Source: Candidatus Poriferihabitaceae bacterium
GTDB taxonomy: Bacteria; Pseudomonadota; Gammaproteobacteria; Arenicellales; Poriferihabitantaceae
Length of the DNA stretch: 64,000 bases
NCBI GenBank assembly: GCA_965261915.1
Contig: CBDHDW010000013.1
Location: 640,491 to 704,490, forward strand
Direction: 5' to 3'
In this document: positions 51,759 to 62,245 of the stretch, piece after piece
Position numbering within the stretch: the stretch's first letter is position 1
Layout of the letters: each line of letters starts with the position of its first letter
Program-made: the position numbers and the translations under genes
Notes under the pieces: generated by a model
What the model was told of the DNA's origin: nothing
The model's input: the letters and a program-made list of their open reading frames with translations, nothing else
Databases searched by the model: none

Positions 51759-52442
51759 ATGGCAAAACAATTTGAATTAATAGCAAGGGTACGCGCTCGA
51801 TCGGGCACGAATCTGGTAAGACGACTTCGCCGTGAAGGCGATGTCCCGGCGGTGCTTTACGGAGGCGATAAAGAGAATATCAGTATCGCCATCAACCATG
51901 ATGTGTTGTATCACAGCCTCGAAAAGGAAGAGTTTCATTCAGCCATTATTGTCATCAACACCGATGGTAAAAAAGAGCAGGCGATTTTACGTGACGTTCA
52001 GAGACACCCGCATAAAATCAATATTCTTCATGCGGATTTCCAACGTGTCGACGACAAAAAAGTATTGACCATGACGATGCCTATTCACTTCATTGACGAA
52101 GAAGAGTGCATCGGAGTGAAAACAGGTGGAGGTGTCCTTAGTCACCTTATCAACAACATCGAAATCTCATGCTTGCCAAAGGATCTTCCCGAAAGCATCG
52201 AATTGAACGTGCGAGACCTTGAGCTTAACGAATCACTGCATTTGTCAGACATTCAATTGCCGGAAGGTGTGAATATCACTGCATTAATGCACGATGACGA
52301 AAATGAGCATGACTTCGCCGTTGTTTCAGTATTACCGCCACGAGTTGAAGCAGAATCAGAGGATGCAGAAGTCGAAACAGAATACACTGCGAAAGCGACT
52401 GACTCTGATGATGAAGCTGAGCCTGCTGCGGAAGACGCATAA
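51759..52442 (+). CDS. rplY: 50S ribosomal protein L25 / general stress protein Ctc, with acidic C-terminal extension
   Basis: N-terminus ..RLRREGDVPAVLYG.. and ..LRDVQRHP... 227 aa. Located between prs and pth. Confidence 0.9.
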   Translation: MAKQFELIARVRARSGTNLVRRLRREGDVPAVLYGGDKENISIAINHDVLYHSLEKEEFHSAIIVINTDGKKEQAILRDVQRHPHKINILHADFQRVDDKKVLTMTMPIHFIDEEECIGVKTGGGVLSHLINNIEISCLPKDLPESIELNVRDLELNESLHLSDIQLPEGVNITALMHDDENEHDFAVVSVLPPRVEAESEDAEVETEYTAKATDSDDEAEPAAEDA

Positions 52443-52498
52443 GCGACAATTCATAACTTAAACAGGTTGCTTTCATAGCGATACCGGGCAGCTGAAAA

Positions 52499-53077
52499 TT
52501 GAACCAAGCCGGCATAAGCCTTATCGCTGGGTTAGGGAATCCTGGTAATAAATACACCGAAACCCGACATAACGTCGGGTTTCAGTTTATTGAGCAACTG
52601 CAACTGCAGCATCAGATCAGTTTTGGCGTTGAAAAAAAATTCAAAGCTGAAACGGGGCAATTCAACTACAACAATCAACTGGTTCGCGTTGTCGTTCCGA
52701 ATACTTTTATGAATCTAAGCGGCCAGTCCCTCGCACCGATGGCTTCGTTTTATAGAATCTCACCTGCGAACATTCTCGTCGTGCACGACGATCTCGAACT
52801 GGATGCGGGGAGCATAAAAGTTAAACTGGGCGGCGGCCATTCCGGACACAATGGCTTGCGCGATATTTGTTCCAGACTGGGCTCAAAAGAATTCGTTCGA
52901 TTGAGAATCGGTGTCGGCCGGCCCAGTGCGGCATCCGATGTTTCAAACTATGTCCTCAAGCGACCATCGAGAGATGATCAATCTAAAATCCAGGCGGCGA
53001 TAGAACTTGGGTTGAGTGCTCTACCATCCATAATGGAAGGGAATTTTGATCGGGCGACGGAAATTCTTGAGAAATAA
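52499..53077 (+). CDS. pth: peptidyl-tRNA hydrolase
   Basis: LIAGLGNPGNKYTETRHNVGF and GGHSGHNGLRD motifs. TTG start. Confidence 0.93.
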   Translation: MNQAGISLIAGLGNPGNKYTETRHNVGFQFIEQLQLQHQISFGVEKKFKAETGQFNYNNQLVRVVVPNTFMNLSGQSLAPMASFYRISPANILVVHDDLELDAGSIKVKLGGGHSGHNGLRDICSRLGSKEFVRLRIGVGRPSAASDVSNYVLKRPSRDDQSKIQAAIELGLSALPSIMEGNFDRATEILEK

Positions 53078-53108
53078 CAAAACCAAACAAAATCAGAAGT
53101 AAAAAAAT

Positions 53109-54203
53109 ATGGGAATAAAATGCGGCATAGTAGGCCTGCCCAATGTCGGAAAATCCACACTCTTTAACGCGCTAACCCGATCCAGTCAGGCGCAGGCTGA
53201 AAACTATGCTTTTTGTACGATTGAGCCCAATCTAGGCATGGTCGAAGTTCCGGATCCAAGACTTGAAGCTATCATCAGCATTGTTTCACCGCAAAAATCA
53301 ATTCCGGCTACTGTGGAATTCGTTGATATCGCCGGATTGGTTGCGGGAGCATCCAGGGGAGAAGGCCTTGGGAACAAGTTCCTGTCCCACATTCGGGAGG
53401 TCGACGCCATCGCTCACGTTGTACGGGCTTTCGACGACGACAACATCATGCACGTTGCCGATAAGATTGATCCGCAATCAGATATGGAGGTCATTAACAC
53501 AGAGCTCATACTTGCAGATATGGAGACGACAGAAAAAGCCATTTTGCGTGCACAAAAAGCAGGGAAATCTGGAGACAAAGCACAAATTGATCTGCTAGAA
53601 CTACTCAATCGTGTGAAATCGCATCTTGATGAAGGGAATTCGTTACGCGCAATGAATCTGGATTTGGAAGAAAGAGCCCTAATAAAGCCGCTTTGCTTTC
53701 TAACCATAAAACCGACTTTGTATATCGCCAATGTGGCGGACGACGGCTTTTCTGACAATCCCTATTTGCAAAACATTGAAGCCATTGCCGAACAGGAAAA
53801 TTCTGATATCGTGGTTATATGCGCGTCAATGGAACAGGAGATTTCAGAGCTGAACGAGGAAGATGCGGCGTTATTTCTCGAAGAAATGGGGTTATCAGAA
53901 CCTGGTTTACACCGTGTTATTCGAGCTGGATACCACCTGCTGGAGCTGCAGACCTACTTCACCGCCGGACCAAAAGAGGCTCGTGCCTGGACGACGAAAA
54001 TTGGTGCTACAGCTCCGCAGGCTGCGGCGGTAATTCACACCGATTTTGAACGCGGGTTTATCTGTGCTGAAACCATTGCCTATGAAGACTATCTACAGCA
54101 CCAGGGTGAAAGCGGCGCTAAAGAGGCAGGGAAATGGCGCCAGGAAGGCAAGGAGTATATTGTTCAGGACGGCGATGTCGTCCATTTCAGATTTAACGTG
54201 TGA
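53109..54203 (+). CDS. ychF: redox-regulated ATPase YchF (Obg family)
   Basis: [19 protein letters not shown]-loop, a TGS-like C-terminus. 364 aa. Confidence 0.95.
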   Translation: MGIKCGIVGLPNVGKSTLFNALTRSSQAQAENYAFCTIEPNLGMVEVPDPRLEAIISIVSPQKSIPATVEFVDIAGLVAGASRGEGLGNKFLSHIREVDAIAHVVRAFDDDNIMHVADKIDPQSDMEVINTELILADMETTEKAILRAQKAGKSGDKAQIDLLELLNRVKSHLDEGNSLRAMNLDLEERALIKPLCFLTIKPTLYIANVADDGFSDNPYLQNIEAIAEQENSDIVVICASMEQEISELNEEDAALFLEEMGLSEPGLHRVIRAGYHLLELQTYFTAGPKEARAWTTKIGATAPQAAAVIHTDFERGFICAETIAYEDYLQHQGESGAKEAGKWRQEGKEYIVQDGDVVHFRFNV

Positions 54204-56332
54204 CCAATTCACAACCTCAATCGCTTTCTCAACAGCAACTTGAATCCGTACTGGACGAGTATCTCGATCCGGTTTTATCAAGCAGACGAACATCCGAAGA
54301 GCCTGCAGCAGAACTAGCTTCTTTACCCCTGGAAGAACAGGAATTTTCACTGCATTGGACTAATGTTATTCGTAAATCCAATGCTGAAATGGCATTCCAG
54401 TTTGTAAGTTTAGCATCAAAGGCGCTCAAAGCAATCGGCACGGAAGGTGCGCGTCAATGGTTATTACATGCCATGGACATATACGACAAGGAAGGATTGT
54501 ATCCCGGTAGTGCTGCCCTCCATAATCTGGAGGAATTTGGCGGAGAATATCGCCTTAGCCATATAACCGTTACGCTTGAGCAAGTCCGAAACGTTGTTGA
54601 AACGATTATTCGCGGTTTGGCCGGCAGGAAACTAAAAATTCAATCCGGTAAATCAACCTATACCGATACCGAAAATATTTATCTCCCTGCCTCAATTAAT
54701 CGATTTAACGACCCGGATCTCAATTACCAGCTGTATAAAATACTGGCGGTACATTTATGGGCGCAGACCTGGTTCGGCACGTTTAAACGTTCTGCCCCGG
54801 ATTCTCCGTTTGTTCGCGAGCTGCTGGAAGAATTTGATGAAAATGGAAAGGCCGTCAAACTGTTTAATTTGCTCGAAACTTTTAGGTTAAATGCCTGCAT
54901 AAAACGCGAGTTACCTGGACTGGCTCGGGAGATGTATGGTTTACACCCTACGCCTGAGATTCACGATGCAACCTGGAAATTCGCAATAGAAAAACTTGAA
55001 TCAAGCGCGGCCACAGTCGTAACAACACTGGATATGACAACTCGGCTATACAGATTGCAAATGCCCTGGCCCGATCCATTTTTATATCAGGGTGATATGA
55101 ATCTTGACGCAGCGGAGATCGCTATGGAGCATAGAGTCGATGCCGAAAAAGACAATTTCCAAAACACTTTGGCCGAACTGGTTGAATCGCTCCTGAAAGA
55201 CCGGTCAATAAAGAGTGACAACCTTGACGAAGGTGAACTGGATTTACAAGCACTACTCAATGAATCCGGACAGCCCGAATTGACTCTGGATGGAGAGGCT
55301 GTGGCGCTGACAGATGATATGAAAGCGTTGTTGTCTTCAATCTTGCAGGATTTCGATGAGGTTCCCGACGATTGGTTGACCCCGGCAAACGAAGGGGCTG
55401 ATGAAATGAACTCCGAAGAGACCAATAACAGTTCGAACCGGAAAGAAAACGAGCATATCGATGGTGCGCTTTTGTATGACGAGTGGGACTTTAGGCGTCA
55501 AACCTATCGCAAAAATTGGTGCGTGCTTCGAGAGCTGTCGAGCCACCCCAGTTATGACGATTTCACTGACAGGACACTGGATCGTTACGCGCATCTGGTG
55601 GGAGAAATTCGAAAACACTTTGAAGCACTGCGTGGCGAAGACAAGGTTTTGAAGTCCCAGCCAGTGGGTGACGATATCGATATTGATGCCCTGGTTACAG
55701 CTCATGCCGATATGCTAACCGGCGTGGAAATGAGCAACCGGGTTTATACCCGGATGCGCAAGCAAGAAAGAGATTTAGCTGTTGTTTTCATGGTCGACGT
55801 TAGCGGGTCTACCAAGGGCTGGATAAATGATGCTGAGCGCGAAAGCCTGGTACTTCTTTGTCAGGCGTTGGAAATTCTGGGCGATCAATACGCCATTTAT
55901 GGCTTTTCCGGAATGACCAGAAATCGTTGCGAAATCTACAAAATCAAATCTTTCGATGAGCCCTACGACACCGAAGTACGAGCGCGTATTAGCGGACTGC
56001 GCCCACAGGACTATACTCGCATGGGTGTGGTCATTCGGCATCTCAGTAGATTACTAAACGACGTTGAAGCACGCACGAGAATCCTGATTACGTTGTCGGA
56101 CGGAAAGCCGGATGACTACGATGGGTACCGGGGAGATTACGGTATCGAAGATACTCGGCAGGCATTACTCGAAGCCCGACACAGCGGGATTCATCCGTTT
56201 TGCATCACCATTGACACCGAGGCCGAAGATTACCTGCCCCACATGTACGGCCATGCGAGCTACGTTGTTGTAGACGAAGTTAAAAAACTGCCGCTCAAGG
56301 TCGCTGATATTTACAGGAAGCTTACGACTTAA
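54200..56332 (+). CDS. NorD/CbbO-like von Willebrand factor A (MIDAS) domain protein
   Basis: 710 aa. The C-terminal vWA domain has MIDAS DVSGST (..[14 protein letters not shown]..) and ..[27 protein letters not shown].., as in NorD/CbbO. The GTG start overlaps the ychF stop (GTGTGA). The start position is uncertain, because the first ATG codon is ~63 codons in. Confidence 0.75.
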   Translation: MTNSQPQSLSQQQLESVLDEYLDPVLSSRRTSEEPAAELASLPLEEQEFSLHWTNVIRKSNAEMAFQFVSLASKALKAIGTEGARQWLLHAMDIYDKEGLYPGSAALHNLEEFGGEYRLSHITVTLEQVRNVVETIIRGLAGRKLKIQSGKSTYTDTENIYLPASINRFNDPDLNYQLYKILAVHLWAQTWFGTFKRSAPDSPFVRELLEEFDENGKAVKLFNLLETFRLNACIKRELPGLAREMYGLHPTPEIHDATWKFAIEKLESSAATVVTTLDMTTRLYRLQMPWPDPFLYQGDMNLDAAEIAMEHRVDAEKDNFQNTLAELVESLLKDRSIKSDNLDEGELDLQALLNESGQPELTLDGEAVALTDDMKALLSSILQDFDEVPDDWLTPANEGADEMNSEETNNSSNRKENEHIDGALLYDEWDFRRQTYRKNWCVLRELSSHPSYDDFTDRTLDRYAHLVGEIRKHFEALRGEDKVLKSQPVGDDIDIDALVTAHADMLTGVEMSNRVYTRMRKQERDLAVVFMVDVSGSTKGWINDAERESLVLLCQALEILGDQYAIYGFSGMTRNRCEIYKIKSFDEPYDTEVRARISGLRPQDYTRMGVVIRHLSRLLNDVEARTRILITLSDGKPDDYDGYRGDYGIEDTRQALLEARHSGIHPFCITIDTEAEDYLPHMYGHASYVVVDEVKKLPLKVADIYRKLTT

Positions 56333-56431
56333 ATCTGCGCACAATCTTATGGACTTCCATAATAATTCTTAATTAACTTCTCGGTGAGTTTGCACTAGTA
56401 TTCAGCGAGAACATAACCCTCATACATTAAT

Positions 56432-56857
56432 ATGCGCACTGTACCCAAACTAACGCTAAACGAAGCGAACGCCATCATCCAGGCCTGTGTTGAGAAGGCT
56501 GAAGCAATGGGCCTCGACATGGATATCGCCGTAACCGACGACGGCGGTCATTTAATCGCGTTTCAGAGAATGAACGACGCCAGAGTAACGAGTATAAACA
56601 TCGCGATTGACAAAGCCTTCACTGCGTCTGGTGCGAGAAAATCAACTCGCGAATACGGTGATGCCGCACAACCTGGAAAACCCGCCTACGGCATAAACAG
56701 TGCATTACAAGGCCGAATTATATTGCTCGCCGGCGGCTTACCATTATTCTCGAATGACACCATCGTCGGCGGGGTCGGATGTAGTTCAGGAACGCCAGAT
56801 CAAGACGAAGAGGTAGCACAAGCGGGAGTTGACCTGTTTCTCAGTACAATAGCTTAA
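56432..56857 (+). CDS. GlcG/HbpS-like (DUF336) haem-binding-type protein
   Basis: 141 aa. ..LTLNEANAII..A..KAEAMG..M.IAV.D.GGHLIAFQRMD.A...S..IA..KA.TA.. is the DUF336 pattern. Confidence 0.8.
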   Translation: MRTVPKLTLNEANAIIQACVEKAEAMGLDMDIAVTDDGGHLIAFQRMNDARVTSINIAIDKAFTASGARKSTREYGDAAQPGKPAYGINSALQGRIILLAGGLPLFSNDTIVGGVGCSSGTPDQDEEVAQAGVDLFLSTIA

Positions 56858-56951
56858 CAATCAGTCAAAAATTCATCCCCAGGGAAAGAATATCGCGAAT
56901 GTTAAAGTGAACACCGCTACCGAAATCGCATGGAAGTTGAATATATCCTTT

Positions 56952-57562
56952 GGGGCTACCCCAGATAACGACCTTAGGTGACATCTACCCCACTGCCTTA
57001 GCGGTAGTCATTGAGCTGACGGGTCACTGTCATTAAATCGCCACTCACATTCCTTCAGATATAACCCAAACTGAACCTTCGGAACACCCTTGAATTTGCG
57101 CCGGTGGCGCTTCGCCCACATCGAGCACGTTATCGCCTCTCCAGCAGTCGGAGCAGACGATACTGTCGGGGATGATCGGGATCAGAATGGCCACGCGTCC
57201 GAAATAATCCTGTTGTAAACCTTCCCGCCCCTGTTTAATAAGCCAGACACCGGAACTTTGCCCGCAGAGCGCCTCTTCCGCACTTGCCCTTGCGTTTGCC
57301 ACCGGAACCGCTTTCGTCCACTTCGATCTCGCCGCCAAACATGGCTTCGGAGCAGGCCGCCAACTCACCGCCGATCATTTCACCCAAACGCAGCAAGAAA
57401 TACGCGCCAGTCTTGCGCTTCACACCACACAAACCGGCCGCAGTGCTGGCTGTCGATCCCGAGATAAAATGCGCGCTCAGGCGGGCTTGCCTGTAATGGC
57501 TTAAACGACTCTTTCGCAGGTTTCCCATGATAGCCCTTTTTTAGGTTATCTGGGGCAGCCCC
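56952..57562 (-). mobile_element. IS1595-family, IS1016-like element (copy A), degenerate: frameshift plus internal deletion
   Basis: Ends GGGGCTACCCCAGATAAC (56952-56969) and GGTTATCTGGGGCAGCCCC (57544-57562). The transposase reads MGNLRKSRLSHYRQARL...FGGEIEVDESGSGGKRKGK(frameshift)...IIPDSIVCSDCWRG.NVLDV, then jumps to ..AKRHRRKFKGVPKVQFGLYLKECEWRFNDS. The DDE middle section is missing. Confidence 0.8.
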
Positions 57563-57624
57563 ATCGAAAATTCCGCAGGGATGCATTTGTAGCATGTAAT
57601 TGGATTGGCTCATACAGCGGTACT

Positions 57625-57641
57625 TGCACAAATAAAGTGCA
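57625..57641 (+). promoter_or_regulatory. NtrC-type enhancer palindrome upstream of glnK
   Basis: TGCACAAATAAAGTGCA has the TGCAC-N7-GTGCA arrangement of the NtrC consensus. It lies ~175 bp upstream of a sigma-54 promoter. Further GGTGCA/TGTGCA half-sites lie at 57667-57686. Confidence 0.5.
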
Positions 57642-57814
57642 TGATTGTGCTGATACGCGCTATTGTGGTGCATATGAGACTGTGCAAGAAACCAACATTT
57701 GTCATTCCTGCTAAAGCAAGAATTTAGTAAAACGGCCAAACCCGCAGGGTTTTCCACAGGTAATGCGGCCAGCGAGGGCTTTTGCACAGTCTCATGCGCT
57801 TATGTCAACAAAGT

Positions 57815-57830
57815 TGGCACGAATTTTGCT
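57815..57830 (+). promoter_or_regulatory. sigma-54 (-24/-12) promoter of glnK-amtB
   Basis: TGGCAC-GAATT-TTGCT matches TGGCAC-N5-TTGCW exactly. It lies ~75 nt upstream of the glnK ATG. Confidence 0.75.
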
Positions 57831-57865
57831 TGTACTTAACTACATGTTTCCGCATTCAATCATAA

Positions 57866-58243
<378 letters not shown>

Positions 58244-58254
58244 GAGGCCAATTA

Positions 58255-59580
58255 ATGTGTAATTTAACTTGTTTGAAACGGGTTTCGATGTCGCTCATGG
58301 CAGGCGGAATTTTTACAACCACGCCGGCACTTGCCGCGGTGGATAGTGAAACGGCTTTTATATTGAATACGTTTTCTTTTCTGTTTAATGGCGCGTTGGT
58401 GATGTGGATGGCAGCCGGTTTTGCCATGCTGGAAAGCGGCTTGGTACGCTCCAAGAACACTGCCACCATCTGTCTTAAAAATATCGCGTTATATTCCATC
58501 GCCGGACTTACCTTCTATCTGGTGGGTTATAACCTGATGTATGTGGATGTTGGCGGCTACATGGGCAGTTTCCATCTTTTTTGGAGAGCAGATGATGCCG
58601 CTGCCCTCGGCGGCACTTTTGAGGATGGTGGCTATTCCGCTTCATCTGACTGGTTCTTCCAAATGGTGTTCGTGGCAACAGCCGCTTCTATTGTCTCCGG
58701 TGCGCTCGCTGAACGGATTAAACTATGGGCATTCCTCGCTTTCGTTGTCCTGCTAACGGCAATTATCTATCCAATTCAAGGTTCTTGGGTTTGGGGTGGC
58801 GGCTGGCTTAGCGAGCTGGGCTTCTCAGACTATGCCGGTTCAACATTGGTGCATTCTGTGGGTGGTTGGGCAGCCCTTTCTGGAGCGTTGATTCTCGGGG
58901 CGCGAGAGGGCAAGTACATGACCGATGGCAAGGTGCATCCGATTCCCGGTGCAAACTTGCCGCTGGCAACGCTGGGTACTTTTATTTTATGGCTAGGTTG
59001 GTTCGGTTTTAATGGTGGCTCGGTACTGGCATTGGATTCGGCTGCAAGTGTCATTGAGATGGCAAATGTTTTTGCTAATACCAATATGGCAGCGGTCGGC
59101 GGTGTTTTAGCAGCCATGCTAATGACTCAGATTATGTACAAGAAAGTGGATCTGACTATGGCATTGAATGGGGCTATCGCCGGTCTTGTTTCAATCACCG
59201 CAGAGCCGGCAGACCCGACTATGGGGATGGCGGTGCTAATAGGCGCGGTTGGCGGAGTTATTGTTGTTTTTGCTGTTCCGCTCCTCGACAAGTTCAAAAT
59301 TGATGACGTTGTCGGTGCGATTCCTGCACATTTATTCGCCGGAATCTGGGGAACGCTGGCAGTGGCAATTTCGGATGCGGATGCCAGTTTTGTGACCCAA
59401 TTTATTGGCGTTGTTTCAATCGGCGTGTTCGCCTTCGTTATGAGCACGGTCTTTTGGTTAATCCTCAAATTTACGGTCGGGATTCGGGTTGATCAAGAAA
59501 CAGAAGAAATCGGTCTCGACAAAGCCGAGTTAGGGTTGGAAGCCTATCCTGAATTTGGGAGCGGCTCGCCGATATCCTGA
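58255..59580 (+). CDS. amtB: ammonium transporter
   Basis: 441 aa with a signal sequence and Amt motifs (AGFAMLESGLVRSKN, DYAGSTLVHSVGGWAAL, GAIPAHLFAGIWG). Confidence 0.93.
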   Translation: MCNLTCLKRVSMSLMAGGIFTTTPALAAVDSETAFILNTFSFLFNGALVMWMAAGFAMLESGLVRSKNTATICLKNIALYSIAGLTFYLVGYNLMYVDVGGYMGSFHLFWRADDAAALGGTFEDGGYSASSDWFFQMVFVATAASIVSGALAERIKLWAFLAFVVLLTAIIYPIQGSWVWGGGWLSELGFSDYAGSTLVHSVGGWAALSGALILGAREGKYMTDGKVHPIPGANLPLATLGTFILWLGWFGFNGGSVLALDSAASVIEMANVFANTNMAAVGGVLAAMLMTQIMYKKVDLTMALNGAIAGLVSITAEPADPTMGMAVLIGAVGGVIVVFAVPLLDKFKIDDVVGAIPAHLFAGIWGTLAVAISDADASFVTQFIGVVSIGVFAFVMSTVFWLILKFTVGIRVDQETEEIGLDKAELGLEAYPEFGSGSPIS

Positions 59581-59719
59581 CGCATTAACCGTGCGATTGA
59601 ATCGAAAAGTGAAAGAGGGCAGCTCCCAAACCGCGCCATCATTCCTGCGTAGCCTCGTAGGGGCGAATAATTATTCGGCGAATTCAACCCATAAGTGCAA
59701 CACTGGGGTTAAAAAAACA

Positions 59720-59962
59720 GGGGCTGCCCCAGATAACCTGTAAAAGGGTTATCTGGGGCAGCATGCGAAAGAGTCGTTTAAGCCATTACAGGCAAGCCCG
59801 CCTGAGCGCGCATTTTATCTCGGGATCGACAGCCAGCACTGCGGCCGGTTTGTGTGGTGTGAAGCGCAAGACTGGCGCGTATTTCTTGCTGCGTTTGGGT
59901 GAAATGATCGGCGGTGAGTTGGTGGCCTGCTCCGAAGCCGTGTTTGGCGACGAGATCGAAGT
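59720..59962 (+). mobile_element. IS1016-like element (copy B): 5' fragment only (left IR plus first 67 codons)
   Basis: GGGGCTGCCCCAGATAACC (59720-59738), then ATG at 59763 and MRKSRLSHYRQARLSAHFISGSTASTAAGLCGVKRKTGAYFLLRLGEMIGGELVACSEAVFGDEIEV. Nearly identical to copy A and in the opposite orientation. Confidence 0.85.
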
Positions 59963-60300
59963 CCGACACAGCGGGATTCATCCATTTTGCATCACCATTG
60001 ACACCGAGGCCGAAGATTACCTGCCCCACATGTACGGCCATGCGAGCTACGTTGTTGTAGACGAAGTTAAAAAACTGCCGCTCAAGGTCGCTGATATTTA
60101 CAGAAAGCTTACGACTTAAATCTGCGCACAATCTTATGGACTTCCATAATAATTCTTAATTAACTTCTCGGTGAGTTTGCACTAGTATTCAGCGAGAACA
60201 TAACCCTCATACATTAATATGCGCACTGTACCCAAACTAACGCTAAACGAAGCGAACGCCATCATCCAGGCCTGTGTTGAGAAGGCTGAAGCAATGGGCC
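59963..60300 (+). repeat. 338-bp direct duplicate of 56176-56513 (3' end of the NorD-like gene, the intergenic region and the first 27 codons of the GlcG-like gene)
   Basis: By hand alignment there are 2 mismatches (CCGTTTTGC vs CCATTTTGC; ACAGGAAGC vs ACAGAAAGC). Fusion to IS copy B creates the chimeric ORF 59763-60119. Confidence 0.95.
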
Positions 60301-60550
60301 CGGAAGGTGTCAACCTCATATGGACAGTCATTTTAAAGATAACATCTATTTCACATAACCAGCGGCCGTGAGTGTCGGGAAGTTAACACGGTCTCAACGC
60401 ATAGTCCCATCATTGCTGGACTCTACGGGGTTGATTGCCACTGTTGCTGGTGGCAATGATGCTCTCGGTCGTCCTCGAACAAAGCGTTCGGGGTTCTGCC
60501 GGTAACGTTCATCAAGCGCTCGCTGCTTTTGCTCGACCACGTCACGATAT
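60301..60550. repeat. 250-bp tandem duplicate of 60551-60800 (7 bp of flank plus the terminal 243 bp of the IS3 element)
   Basis: Line-by-line comparison shows a single mismatch (T at 60394 vs G at 60644). Confidence 0.95.
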
Positions 60551-60595
60551 CGGAAGGTGTCAACCTCATATGGACAGTCATTTTAAAGATAACAT

Positions 60596-61663
60596 CTATT
60601 TCACATAACCAGCGGCCGTGAGTGTCGGGAAGTTAACACGGTCGCAACGCATAGTCCCATCATTGCTGGACTCTACGGGGTTGATTGCCACTGTTGCTGG
60701 TGGCAATGATGCTCTCGGTCGTCCTCGAACAAAGCGTTCGGGGTTCTGCCGGTAACGTTCATCAAGCGCTCGCTGCTTTTGCTCGACCACGTCACGATAT
60801 CGTCCTGTAAAGACCTGTTCCGGGGTAAACCCTGCCAGCCCACTGTGATGGTGTTTGAAGTTGTACCAGTGGAAATAACCTTCACACCAGAGCCGCGCGT
60901 GTGACATCGTGTCAAAGCGACCGGGATAATCCGCTTGGTATTTCTGCGTCTTAAACTGACTTTCACTGAACGCATTATCATTGCTCACTCGAGGGCGGCT
61001 ATGGCTACAGGTAACATCCAATTCTCGCATCAAGTCCAAATACCCGTGAGCGATCATCGGTGAACCACGATCCTGGTGTAGGGTAAGTTGACCAGGCTCA
61101 ATACCATAGCGGGTGGTGGCCTCGTCCATCAGCTGCTTGGCTAGCGCGCTATTTTCCTTGCGTGAAACCATCCAGGCCACGACAAAGCGGCTGAACAGGT
61201 CGAGCACCACATATAGTGATAAGTAGATGCCCCGTCGCACCAGCGGCAGTTTCGTAATATCCCATGTCCAGACATCGTGCGGGCCCGTGGCTAACAGCCG
61301 CGGTATGGCATGGTGCTGTGCAGGCCGCTGATTGCGCCGATCACCGGTCTCCTGCAGGCTGCGAAGTAGCCGGTGCAGGGTGCTCACCGAACACAGATAT
61401 TGCTCCTGCTCAAGCAGGCGGTGATAGACCTCAGCGGGTGGCTGATCACAATAAGGTTCACTGTGCAGCGTATCGATTACCGTTGCGCGTTCCTCGGCAC
61501 TCAGTGCTCTCGGTTGCACAGCGTACTGCCGAGAACGTTGCGGCTCTAGATCACTGTCAGCTCGTTTTCTGTGCGCATAAACCCTGCTGCGATTGAGTCC
61601 CAGCGCACGGCACGCTTGCGACAATGGCCGTCTTGCAGGGCGATGGGTAATCACGTTATTCAC
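60596..61663 (-). CDS. IS3-family transposase OrfB (DDE integrase core), expressed as an OrfAB fusion by -1 frameshifting
   Basis: 355-aa frame with an rve-type core (..WTWDITKL.., ..HQDRGSPM.., ..NDNAFSESQFKTQK..). Overlaps orfA in the -1 frame. Confidence 0.85.
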   Translation of the reverse strand: MNNVITHRPARRPLSQACRALGLNRSRVYAHRKRADSDLEPQRSRQYAVQPRALSAEERATVIDTLHSEPYCDQPPAEVYHRLLEQEQYLCSVSTLHRLLRSLQETGDRRNQRPAQHHAIPRLLATGPHDVWTWDITKLPLVRRGIYLSLYVVLDLFSRFVVAWMVSRKENSALAKQLMDEATTRYGIEPGQLTLHQDRGSPMIAHGYLDLMRELDVTCSHSRPRVSNDNAFSESQFKTQKYQADYPGRFDTMSHARLWCEGYFHWYNFKHHHSGLAGFTPEQVFTGRYRDVVEQKQRALDERYRQNPERFVRGRPRASLPPATVAINPVESSNDGTMRCDRVNFPTLTAAGYVK

Positions 61664-62064
61664 ACATCCTTCCCACTGCGTAAACGATCGAGCATCGACA
61701 AGGCTTTTTTTTGCAAATCCAGACAGTCGTTGGCAATCTCCAACTTGCGGTTCAGGCGATTGTTTTCTTTCTCAAGCGGCTCGATGCGCCGTTGAGCCGG
61801 TGTCTTCGAGGGTGCCGGGCCGGGAGCACTCTTGCTCAGGCCAGCAACCCCGTTTTCGGCATACTCGCGGCGCCAGGCGGAGAGTTGATTGCGGTAGAGT
61901 TTCTCACGGCGTAACAGAGCACCCAGTTCACCGTGCTTACAGGCGTCAGCTTCGACCATCATGCGTAGCTTATACTCCGGCTTGAACTGGCGACGCGTGC
62001 GTTTCTCCAGTGCGGGCTCTGGTGTGACTTGTGTATTGAGTGGATCTGAGTGTGCTTTTGGCAT
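61660..62064 (-). CDS. IS3-family transposase OrfA (HTH/leucine zipper)
   Basis: 134 aa with ..RRQFKPEYKLRMMVEA.. and a leucine-zipper-like C-terminus. The slippery CAAAAAAAAG lies near 61693-61702 on the coding strand. Confidence 0.85.
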   Translation of the reverse strand: MPKAHSDPLNTQVTPEPALEKRTRRQFKPEYKLRMMVEADACKHGELGALLRREKLYRNQLSAWRREYAENGVAGLSKSAPGPAPSKTPAQRRIEPLEKENNRLNRKLEIANDCLDLQKKALSMLDRLRSGKDV

Positions 62065-62245
62065 TGTGTGGTTCCTGCATCCATAGCCCTGAAATCTATG
62101 TTATCCCAAACAGGGAGTGTATGGGATCAGGTTGACACACAGGGGCTACGCAGCAGCCTCCCGCATTTTCTCCTGGATACGGATTCTCGTACAAACTTCG
62201 CGAAATTCATCACGCAACGGCAAGACCTTGATAGAATGGCGCTAT

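Larger units (their letters stand above)
60558..62137 (-). mobile_element. IS3-family insertion sequence (about 1.58 kb)
   Basis: Termini TGTCAACCT... (60558) and ...AGGTTGACA (62137), with imperfect IRs of ~45 bp. OrfA/orfB arrangement with an A-run slippery site. The flanks differ, so there is no TSD. Confidence 0.85.

Noticed and set aside
57700-57735. REP-like imperfect palindrome CATTCCTGCTAAAGCAAGAAT, with a loosely similar TCATTCCTGCGTAGCC at 59640
   Set aside because: There are only two weak, imperfect copies in 64 kb, which is not enough to call a repeat family.
57380-57787. 135-aa minus-strand ORF in the glnK upstream region
   Set aside because: It crosses the IS1016-like boundary and the NtrC/sigma-54 control region and has no motifs.
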